Below, piece by piece: positions 53,101-64,000 of a DNA stretch of 64,000 nt. The translations under genes and the position numbers were made by a program. The DNA is from Balanoglossus misakiensis (lineage: Eukaryota > Animalia > Hemichordata). The DNA is taken from assembly GCA_040954595.2 (NCBI GenBank), contig CM082576.2, positions 10,977,129 to 11,041,128 on the forward strand, written 5' to 3'. Position 1 is the stretch's first letter, and each line of letters starts with the position of its first letter. Below the pieces are notes generated by a model. It saw only the letters and a program-made list of their open reading frames with translations. It was not told where the DNA came from and ran no database searches.

Positions 53101-56100
53101 ACTTATCCGACTTATCCTGCGTGTGACTGCTCAACCAACAGGCATTTGCATCTAATTTTAAAAGCAGCCTGCCGGCCGATAAATCACTCTTCAGCCCGCT
53201 CTTTACATTGATATTAATCAGTTATGAAATCTAATGGACCTGGCTTATGGAAGCCATGAAATTCAATCTGGCTGTATAATAGCTGGAGGTGCAGGGTTTT
53301 GTCTGTCAGGGAGTGTTTCAGCTGCCTTGCTTTCCTTCTACTTTTCTGGATAAATACCACATCAATTATGCATGGAAGTGATGCTGAACTGGCAATCCAG
53401 GGTGTATCTGTACTTGCGCAATTTTACTTACAATCCAACTAACGTCAATGTAATAGAATGCGTGTATTGGTTATTATCGAACAGTTGAATAATATAAATT
53501 ACATATTGTTCTCCCCACAACAATTACGGCATGATAACAGTAACTACTTTTGTTATGCAAATTAGCAATCATACTATCATAAATGCCTGAGGAGGAAACT
53601 GACACAATTTTTATTAAAGCGGCACCACTCAACAATACCAGTCATTGCAAACACTTTTATTAAACCGTGGTTTTCAACTGACTGGCTTCAAATCAAAATG
53701 TTCAATATACCAGTGCGTATTCTACTACATTCTGAAAATTGCAAGAGACCATGTTTGTCAGTTAAGAATTTTTACTACAGCACGATGATAAAAAAGGTCA
53801 ATGTCAGATATTGTTGAAATCCTTAGCATGGTTATTTTTATATGTCTAAGCTCCTTGTCAATATCTAATCAGTCAATGTATTTGAATTCCGAGTCAAAAA
53901 TCAGAAACGTGACGTTGTGACTTGCTTCCAAACTCGTGCTGCATCACAGCACTTCATTTTGTTTTTGAGAACGGTGAATTCTTATGAATTGGGTTATTTA
54001 TAGGCTTGTTTTTTTCAAGTGGTTAGATGCAAAAATGTAATTTTAATCAATGACAACCATCACACTGCAGAAGTCAATGCACACACTCTTTAGAGAGGTC
54101 GGTTTATACTGCCATCAGAAATGACTACCCAATAACGTTTACAATGAATTTATCCACTACTGGCTACGTCCTTTGTGGAAGTATCTGGCAAAAGACATTC
54201 TCCTTCGGCAATTAAATACTTCAATGACCATTTGCGGGGCAGGTATCCTACCCTTTCAGGGCACCGAGTTAAATGTCAACCCAACAAACAACTCAACATT
54301 CCTACACAAATATGATGCCTCTCTATTCTTATGCAAAGCAGGTACAATTTGGCAGCTTTTCAAGAAAGCATACCTGCACAGGCAGCTGAGGGCAAGTGTG
54401 AAGAAATACTTCGATACCACAAGTTGTGTACCTACTTTGAAACTCACTAATAAATTATACATGGGGATAAATCTAGTCCAAGCAGTGCTGTACTGCAAGT
54501 CTAAAGACACTGTTCGAGTTTCAGGCCCATGACAGTTTGACAACTAGACTGGATTAAAGCCCCCACACTGAAGAGTTGTAACTAGGTTGAAGAGGCATGA
54601 GACAATATGGAACAGCGTTTCACATACAAGACTAGAAGAACATTGTGCGAGATGAAAGAAGCCCAACCTTTGTACCTTGACTTGTCTTTGTTCAAATAAA
54701 CTGTTATTAAATGGTTGTCCCCAGCTACCCAGTGCTCTAGACTGTGCTGCAATTGCAATTTTTTTTAATGCAGCAACATGTCATACTTTTTTCCATTGCT
54801 GTGACATGTGAGTTTGTGACCCCATTTGATATTGGAGGAGGGTGGTCCTGGTTTGACTTCCAGAAGATTAGCCAGGAAACACGGGACATGACCAGGAAGA
54901 CAACCTTTCCGACCAGAGTGTGGATAAGCCGGAATAAACCTACTCCCTGTGACTTGATGCTTTTTAGATTTCTCACAACACAGTAATTTTCCACTTCATG
55001 GCCCCCGCCCCCCGCCAAGTGAACTTCTCAACCATAACACTGACTTCCAAATTTACCTGCACTGAAAGATAATGTCAACAGACTACAAAATTCCACTCAG
55101 ACACCCTGACCCTTCTCCATTCACCGAACACTGCAGAAAAATAGCTGGCGTGCGAGACCACCTCAAATAGCCCACTGATTACGGTGCAGGTAAATTGGCT
55201 AAATGCTGCCGATGTGACCTCACGCAGGGAGTCGAGATTAGATCATTTGACGGGCAGCCAAACAGAAGTCAATCAGAATGGCAGACAGGCACAGCCAGGC
55301 AAATGAAATCCTGGCCAATATTACATGCTTGAAAACCTTTTACTGGGCAATGCAGCCAGAATTTTGAAGAGCTGTGGGGAATGTGCAGATTGGTGGTGGC
55401 GAATTGAATACTAAGTATGGGGTTGGGATCTTGCCATGACAACGGGGACAATAACAGCAATTGACACAAGGTTGAAAAATGCAAAGGCCTTGACGCTCAG
55501 ACCAATTACACGAGGTTTTGACCTGATTTCTCATGAATTTTTCATGAAGGGTCATACGCCATTCCAGCCTTGTCAAAAGTTGTTTTTTGCTGATAAAAGC
55601 AGCCGATTGAAGGTTGAAAGCCAATCGGTTGTTGTTTTTCTGTTCTACCACAGTGATGACAGGTAGAGGTAGAAGCAACAATAACTATGACTATGTTGAA
55701 CTTGAAAGGCATGGATTTCTCCCTACGTTTACTCAGGCATGAAGCTTCAAATACAAATTCAAAACCCCACAAAAATTCTGATCCACCTGTAAGATGTTTA
55801 CTATTACATCAAAGTGTATTAACTGTGCCATTTCAAGTATATCATGGCCTAATTTATCTAAGAACATCTACAAACACAGACAAGGGAAGGCCAAGATTTT
55901 CTCATTCTATAGGCTTTTCCACTTAGGGTGACTGGGGAGCAACTCATTGAACTGTACTTCCATTTTAAAAGTTGACTTATAAACTGCTTGCATTGACTCC
56001 CACAATAAAGCAAGTTGCTTGCCCTACTGCTTATGCCTACATAAAAAGCAGCAGCACAAAGTCTCTAGAAAAACCTCCCAGGCCCCTTGAAATTTGAAAG

Positions 56101-59100
56101 CAAAGGTGTGTCATTTGAATGGGTCAAGACTGGTTGCCCCCCCCCCCCCCCCCCCAACACACAAATCCACCAAGTGCTCAACGAATGCACCATTAACAGT
56201 CATTATTTATCTACAATAGAGGTCAAAGTGTACCAATTAGTGCACAATTTATTTCAAACCCCTTTATATCAGTGGTTGCATGCAATTATGACAGTATGCA
56301 GATCAATTCAGCCACGTCGTTAGCACTAATAGAAATGTACAATCATCTCTTTTTCACTTTCAGAGACAAATCTGCATATTTGCAAGTCTAGAAATGTATG
56401 TGAGCTGGCTGATATGTTTTTATACAGTCCAGTATATGTTGACGTTGCAAAATTCAAGAAGATATACAGGAATTTTGCCTTATCTCGCTTCAGGCGAAAT
56501 TGTACAACTATAATTCGACAAGATTGTCATGTCCTTCACAGCACAGCCTTCCTAGAATATCAACTGCATATCAATTCAGGTAATCAAATATTATATTCAT
56601 AAGCATTCCTAGAATACAGTATCAAGTGCCATGCATTCAGACTCTTCGAAAACCCTGGGGACATTTTTATTCAATACCTGCAAGCAAGCTATCCTTGAAC
56701 AATAATATCACTAATCCACTTCCATGCACGCAGACAGCAGAAATGAAAGGCGAACCCCTGAGCATGCATATTTCCATTTTATCAAGAGCCCCTTGGACAA
56801 CAAGCTCAACGGCATGACACAACAAGCCCCTACAGGCTCTCAGTTTCAAAGCCATTCGGACACCGTAGCTGTCGGAAACATAACACAAGTGTGAAGCTTT
56901 CAACAACCACACAGGAATGCTAAGACACGCCTTGAGACATACACCTTGCACAAATTTGACTTTGAATGCCTAAATATTTGTTATTGCATGACCACGGCAT
57001 TTTAATACAGCAAGTCACTTTTTGACCAATCTTTCAATGCCAGCCAGTAATCTTCTGAGCTACTGATTATACGTGTATGTGGCAATGAGTGGTGCATGTA
57101 ATTTTTATTCCTTCCTCAGTGCTGCATAACTATACACATCGATTATTTATAAGCATCAATTTTTAACTAGATTTCTATATAAAACATGCATAACAACGTG
57201 TTGTGTCGTTTTGTCCACTTGTGTGGCTGACACTGGCATCTCAACCCACCCACTGACGTGACACAAGGGTGTTGAAATATAACGCCTTTCACCTGTTCAG
57301 TTGTGGAATGGTTTCACCTGTACATGAAGCATTTCCACACATATGAGCATGGTGCTGTCAATGACCGGGGTACAAAGTGCATAGCTGCAGAACAACCCAA
57401 GGACATGGTGATCATAGGCAAAACAATGCCTGTATAGAGACACTCAAGACATAAATCCACCAAGGCAATCCTGTTTCTACAAGAACAAACCGTGAACACA
57501 TCAATCCCATCTACTAAAATTGAAATAACTGTTTCAAATTCAATATACAGGAAATCGTATGTTTAAATAGTCCGTTACTATAGTTCAAAATTATGCACAA
57601 CTCAGAGCAGAATAGTTTGCCAGGAGCTAAAAAGTGTGCGTCTCGCTGGTCATGCTCCCTGAACACATCATACATCATGGTTTTCGCCTCAAGGGAATCC
57701 GGCAATAACTCACTGCTCACAAAAGCATCTGTTTATCCTTTTCAACCGTCTAAACACGTATATATTAAAAGCGGAGGAGAGACCCCTCAACCTTGCTTCA
57801 CTTGAACGAGAACACTTTTTTGTGCATCATGATCCCACCAACAATTATACAACCACTCCAACAAACAAATAATATTTCCACTTCAAGACTCCTGTTGACA
57901 TCTTGCTAGCCTGTCCCGATTTAGCTCTTTACCTCCTCTATCAAAGTAATGATTTCGTTGACCCCGGGGAGCCAGATACTCTAGGACACGGCACTGACCA
58001 GCCCTTTCCTTGCAAAGCTGCCCCGATAACGATTTAGGAAAGACTGAACCTCTGGGAGTTCATTTCCTTCCCCAGTGTCGGAAAGATCATTTCCTATGAA
58101 AGTTCATTATGTTTTTATCGCCCTCAATCTTAAAACTTAAAACAAGAAAGAAAAGAACACATTTGTGAACCAATCAACACAGCTGCACATCCAATCTTGC
58201 CGCCAATCACAACAAAACAGAAATTCTACAGATTACATTCCTCAACATTTATCAATTGCAAAAAAGACACAGGAACATCTGGAGCATCTTTCATTCAAAC
58301 CATTACGTTCTATTTTTAATGGAATTTTCACGCTAACATTCTTCAGAAATGCGCATCAATCTCGCATTCCTTTCAAAGGACACTTTTTTCTGCCCAACCA
58401 TGAAATTGATCAGAAAAAGCCACGACACAGTAATCCAAACATGAGTGAACTATGGGTAGCAAACAGTTTTTTAAAATTCCATGTACTTTTCATCATCACA
58501 CGCGAGCTCGTAAGAAGTACCAGCAGGCGGATTGAGTACAGATTAGTGATAATAAAGTAGATTTTCCATGTGCATTTCATCACCATGGTATGAGAACTGT
58601 TCTCACTCTCTGCAGCCATGATGAATAGATGGCTGATTGATGCCAATTTTAGACAACTGAGTCTAAAATTCAATCCTGGGAGAGTACTCTCATTAATCAC
58701 TACAGAGTGTGAATTCTCTATCCCTAACCACTGACCCACTTCTATCAGAGGAAACATCTGAGCTGCCTTCCTAAAACAGTTGTTCAAATTGCAAGGTTGC
58801 AAAATCGTTTATCATGCACTTCTCCACCTGTCAAAATTTCCCTGCATCGGAATTCTGTTTTGCAATCTACCATGTTTCTGCCAGTATCACAAAGCCAGAT
58901 TTGAAGGGCCAGTAGCTGTGACTTTTGATAATATTTTCAGTATTCTTATGCATCCATTAGTTTCTTGTTCTACTCGCTACAACATGTCGACATGTCCACT
59001 GTTATTAAGTAGGGCTTCGACTACCTACTAGACTCTGCTAGGTTGTGGAAGCCCAACTGTCTGAGACCATCAAAATAAACATATCTATTGATTTTGAAAA

Positions 59101-62100
59101 CATAAAACACTCTTTGATTATGTAACATTGAAAGTTATCTTGGCATAGTGGCTGATTTATAAAAACACAGATGCTGTGTAAATATTAAAATGGATAAATC
59201 CCATTTGAAAAACCCACTTTATTAATTGATTTGCTTCCATACCCTGTCAACAGGGATCAGAATAAAATCCCAGAAACCCTGCAATTCATTATCTGTCATG
59301 GCGATGTAGTCATTGTGTTCATAGTTCCGGCATTAGTCAGGTTTCCCCCCAGATAGCAGAAACAGCTATGTATTGTTTGACATTCCGAATACAATTATCA
59401 TAGAATACACCGAGGTAAAGTGATTGGATTCATGGTAATGCATTCTTGCTGTCAAACCAATTCGTTACTGCTTGATAAGGCTGGGGGAACCGTGAAATAA
59501 CAAGGTATTTCACTCATGTGTGTGACTGAAACTGCATTTTGATTTCCAATATCAAGGCCACTGTTAATTGCAGACAACTTTAATAAGCTTGGCGAAGTAA
59601 AATGTTAAAATGAGTGGAATTTGATTTAAAAGGTGAACAGTCCAGCAATTCATTTACAGTACAGACATTGTATTACCTGAATTCATTGACTACATCAATT
59701 TGCATCAGTAATGTACTTGTACTGCTGAGGTAAACGTCCTCTATAATGAGTCTCTCAGTGAGAGCAGTCTGTTTTAGATTTTGACTGGGGGACCCCTTTG
59801 AGCAGGCCCTGAACAAGTCTCCACCTGTGACCTCGCGGAGTACCGGGGCACAGATATACAAATCCCTACGCAGATAACCAATCTGCATACTCCACAGGAT
59901 ACAAAGCAACCTGAAAGCTGCATCTCCAGTTTCAAAGACCCTTTACCTAGATTTTAACAATTGTTTGCCGACGCGGATTCAATTTCAAACCAAGGGAATT
60001 ATTTGCTACTCGGTGTATTTAAAAGTCAAACATTAAAACATACCGGGATTTCTGGCCGTGTTCGGCGAAAGGAGGGGCCAAACAGAAGGGTCTAGGCCAG
60101 TTATTGTTGACTCTGAATGAATTTCCTTGAATAAAATCCTCCTTTTTTGTACACACATAAATCACCCCCTCCATCCTTCAACAAAATCCATGAATGGTTA
60201 CTAAAACTTTAATATCCCATCAACTGGAATGAAATCTCATGGGCACAAAACCAGACAACCTTTTTTTTCCCATACACTTACATTGGATTAATTAAGTACA
60301 TAAAGTCTAGGAAAACACAGATACATAAATTCTTAATTTCCATCGTATGCACCTATGTACGTACATGTAGCTCAGCGGACGCCAGACATAAATTATTTCG
60401 TAAACCAATCACCACGGTCTGAATACTGAGTCAACCAGCCCTTCCTGCCAATGTAAATTGAGTTTCCACATGGCCTGCCACAAAGAACCCAACAGTCCAT
60501 GAAGGGATTGGATACACAATAGCATGCTTTATATAGCTAAATGGCCTGGAGAAAACAAGATCAAGAAGGTGAACTCCATGTCACACATACAAAAAAAAAT
60601 CCACCTTTTGTGTTGCCACATTTTCGAATATTTAACTGGATATAATGATTATCACAAAATTTCATCATCTGAAAGGAGTTGGGGCCATGAGTGTGTGGGT
60701 TTTATCTGTAAGAACGACATTTTCACTGATAACACACCTAATACAACAACACTGAACAAAGGCAATTCAAGGCACCTTCAGGTACATCATCATGTTCACT
60801 TAACCCTTACGGCAATGGAAATAGAATGATCTATGACCATTTGAAGGAGTATTCTTGGTTTCAGCATGCTAAGGGTCAACGAACTGTGCCATATTATTTC
60901 AATTATTTCTTTGGTTAATTAATTAAGGAATATGCTTCAACAATCATTAATGCTGTTAATTTTTACTTTGAATGAAGATCACAGCTGTTTGTTTATAAAT
61001 AGATATTTGTAAATTGCATGCATTTACATAAAAACTACACATTCTGGATCAAACATTAAAACAGCCGCACTTAATAGTTTTCCGTGAATATGTCTGGTTA
61101 ATTGATTCTGATGAGTAAATATAGAAATACTGGAGAAGTCACACATTCCAGTAACATTTTTAAATCATCACTCACACTATTGATTCATCAATTCACATTT
61201 AGCAGTCAAACCAATAACACAAGTGACCTGACAGTGCATTGTACTCACAGATAGCTTGGATTCCACAAAACATGCCAACGAACTGATTGCTATCAAATTG
61301 CACAGGGAAAATGACAAACACGTCTATCTGACCTGCCATCCCTTTTGAAGCGAGCTTGACCATAAAAATGAATACTGAATACCTGAATATTTTCAATTTG
61401 AATATCTAAGCTACGCAGGATTTTGATGACAATATTGACTCTGAATTTGTGACGCACCAGAAACGTACATATTTCTGTTTATTTGGCCATATATGAGTGT
61501 AATAGAGCAAAGCATGAATATTCTAGTATGCATTATATTAAACTGAAAAGTCAGTCCGTGCCATCCTACCAACCAAATTTTCAGAGAATAACCCCTCTCC
61601 ATACTGATAACACCAACACTTCCTGCATTCTGCATTCACTCCACCCTCACCCCGATATAAGTCCACTCACTAATTTTAAAGAGCAATTTGCATTAGGAAG
61701 AACAGTGCACGGCCACCACAGATTACAGAAGATTATCAGTAATTCAGAGTAATTACACCCATCCTCACCCCATACGACGACTAAATCATGTTGCAAATTG
61801 CTGTCATGACCGTATGTTTCTAAAATAGAACAGAGGCATGATCGCTAATTTACCATACACACATTCTGTAATCAACAACGTATGCAAACTATGTGGTGGT
61901 AAATGACACATGGAAATGAGTGTCCGTGACTCAGTGCACCTTTCCTCTCTTTAGCATAAAATGCTTCAAGTCACACCGTGGGTAAACAGTTCCATCAGAC
62001 TTTAATTTCACGGTTATCTGGCCATTCAAATGTGCTCTGTGCAGAACAGAGTATATCCTCGTTGGGCAGAATATTGGGTGCGCTGAGAGAAACATCCGAT

Positions 62101-62486
62101 AAGAACAAACAACTGACACCTAATATGCAACAAATAAATGTTATGAGAACAAGACACCATCAATGCTTGGGCCAGCACCTATATGTTCCTGCTTGAGAAA
62201 AAAAATACAACACTGCATTGCATATAAAAGGTAACAGATGTTCCTGTAAGTCAATTATACTGATACAAACATCTATGTTGATATAATCTGGAACATGGAA
62301 ATGAATCATATGGTGCAAATATTATGCGATTATCTTTAGAACTGTATAAACGACAGTTCTGAACAAGGCTGACCTACCTGATAGTACGATTTGATGTTGC
62401 GCAGAAGAACATCTAAGTTCTGGATGCGAAGGTTGACATCTCCGTTGACTTCTCTATTTACTATCATATTAGTTGGACGGGGGTCA
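29126..62486 (-). CDS. CCDC88C: Daple/Girdin family protein (CCDC88; Hook domain, long coiled coil, GBA motif, PDZ-binding motif), 5'-incomplete
   Basis: 23 in-phase exons: 62486-62378, 51077-50865, 48254-48114, 45998-45753, 45637-45479, 45093-44947, 43002-42864, 42736-41352, 40456-40329, 40168-40079, 39197-39066, 38846-38771, 38390-37741, 37216-37111, 36478-36333, 35982-35893, 35033-34991, 33954-33813, 33435-33298, 33117-33016, 32526-32368, 30408-30152, 29896-29126 (about 1855 codons). Diagnostic peptides: [70 protein letters not shown] and terminal IWYEYGCV*. May be co-orthologous to CCDC88A/B/C; low-complexity exons at 32-34 kb are less certain. Confidence 0.92.
33572..33753. mobile_element. 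Tc1/mariner (pogo/Tigger-like) MITE, 182 bp
   Basis: TIRs CAGTCAAACCTG / CAGGTTTGACTG, TA on the left and CA (likely mutated TA) on the right; internal repeats tggcctttatag x2 plus tggccattatac. Confidence 0.8.
35451..35535. mobile_element. piggyBac-like MITE, 85 bp
   Basis: TTAA|CCCTTTCACC ... GGTGAAAGGG|TTAT: CCC-starting TIRs with a TTAA-like target site, one mismatch on the right. Confidence 0.72.
36800..37005. repeat. Degenerate ~5-bp (TGTGG-like) tandem repeat
   Basis: gtggggtggggtggtgtggtgctgtggtg... with decayed flanks, in a CCDC88 intron. Confidence 0.65.
49490..49803. mobile_element. Putative non-autonomous element with a long terminal hairpin (49659-49801)
   Basis: Perfect outer arms agcaataaaacacccccagccatggtata / tataccatggctgggggtgttttattgct, inner arms gattttgaccagttca / tgaactggtcaaaatc and catatacgcac / gtgcgtatatg, centre cactcgctatcgctcgtg; upstream tgattggtc...cacgtgacc. 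Left boundary approximate. Confidence 0.68.
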
Positions 62487-63254
62487 CTGCAGAGAAGGCA
62501 AAGAGTGAAAACGTCAGCTGAAGAATGTACAGAGACTTCAGTCACTTTATCAAGTAGCAGTTGTTACCAATTAGCTGACATCCAGCCAGACAGGCCGCAA
62601 CCTGACTTTTTGTCTGCCAGTCAGGTGCAAGACATCAGCATTGAAATTTGATATTAGGCTGGAGCTGATACAGTGAAATCTCAGTCTATGTCTGTTGGAT
62701 ATTCTGCATTACTTAAATTGATTTAACTTGAGGTAAGTTCTGAGACAAATTTACATACAAACACCTAGCCTAGCTAGTACCGTAGCCTGTCCCTTCTTGG
62801 CTCTGCCAAACATATACCATAACAAATACTAAGGGTTTGCTTATAACTATCTAGGGAAACTGTCACATAGCTCCAGTTGTATTTCTATTTTAAACTCTCT
62901 ATTGATTTATGTGTATCATATGGCTAAAACCGATGATGTTACCAAAGCCCCTGTTCTACTTCTTTTGTGCTGCATACCAGCTCATAAAAACAAACTCTGC
63001 CCTGGTCTTAAACACTCACTCCATTAAATTCCAACACTGAGGACATTAAATTATATAACCAAGGTAGAATTTATAAATGAAGTTCAAGACAATAGTCTGT
63101 CTCTGTGGTTGCTGCCTAGCCTCTTCACTTCGCATTCCAAGTATAGCTGACATCGCTATAGAAACCTTATCTGAGAATTAATCTACAGACTGCAGGAAGC
63201 AACTACTGGTGCTGATATGCATGGTGATTTTTCCACTGGTGGATAAAACAATAT

Positions 63255-63303
63255 CCTGTTCTGTCTATCCTGCAACACCTTGTTGCAGGATACACAGAAC
63301 AGG
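63255..63303. repeat. 49-bp near-perfect palindrome
   Basis: cctgttctgtctatcctgcaaca-cct-tgttgcaggatacacagaacagg: 23-bp arms, one mismatch, 3-nt loop. Confidence 0.85.
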
Positions 63304-64000
63304 CACAAACAGATATAAATATATACAACAAAGAAAGTCACTTGTGACATATTAACTTTATGTTTGTATTATAAAACATATTCAATTTTTTAGCACATTT
63401 TTAAAATTGGTATGAGCTATCTTGCGAATAAGTATAGACACCCTAACAAAAAATGGTCTATCTTTTCTATGCTAAACAAGTCTTCTGGAGAATTCTGCTC
63501 TAAAACAACATTCCCTATAATTCCCTCCATACTGGCATTTGATGTGGACAATGGGGTCGGACAATTGGTATTCAGGTCAACTTGTAAGTACCATTGTGTT
63601 CTGTCTCTGACAGATGCATTCATCAGGGCACCCCACAGTACCTGAGTAATCTCGAACAACCCATAGTTGTGGATAGTCAGCATCGTGTGTGTACGAGCAC
63701 TGAACTCTATATTACTGACTCCCCTGTGATACATACTGCTGCAGAAAGTGAAGCGGAAATTTTAATCCAATTTGATTATGGGCGTGTACGCACTGTCAAC
63801 TACTCATGCTGAAGGCAGAACTGTTGTGAAGATTACTAAATATGAGTCATGTGCCCCAAAGGACTATTACAACATGAGAGAAATCACTGATCTTCAAAAA
63901 CACCATCTGAAACCATTCTCACTCCCAATGTAATGTGAATCTATCATAGTGGGCACCTCATCGACGTCTACCATATCGTGTCCTGAAATTAATTGGTGAC

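Overview
This is AT-rich, intron-containing animal genomic DNA, not prokaryotic; an invertebrate deuterostome is plausible but cannot be proven from the window. I rebuilt four spliced gene models by hand from GT-AG junctions with consistent reading phase. (1) The first three coding exons of an MSK-type kinase (RPS6KA5/4-like, minus strand), which runs off the left edge. (2, 3) Two complete, tandem, 10-exon D-glutamate cyclase (DGLUCY/C14orf159-like) paralogs on the plus strand, about 633 and 622 aa. (4) 23 exons of a Daple/Girdin (CCDC88) gene on the minus strand with Hook domain, coiled coil, GBA motif and C-terminal WYEYGCV; its first exons lie beyond the right edge. The order and orientation match human RPS6KA5-DGLUCY-(GPR68)-CCDC88C as I recall it. 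The best novelty candidate is the DGLUCY pair: exon identity is a mosaic suggestive of gene conversion, and copy 2 carries only in-frame lesions in conserved motifs. Several small foldback/MITE-like elements and microsatellites are also present. I saw no CRISPR array, rRNA, tRNA or autonomous transposon, and most listed ORFs are spurious. Statements about human or bacterial homologs come from memory, not from a search.
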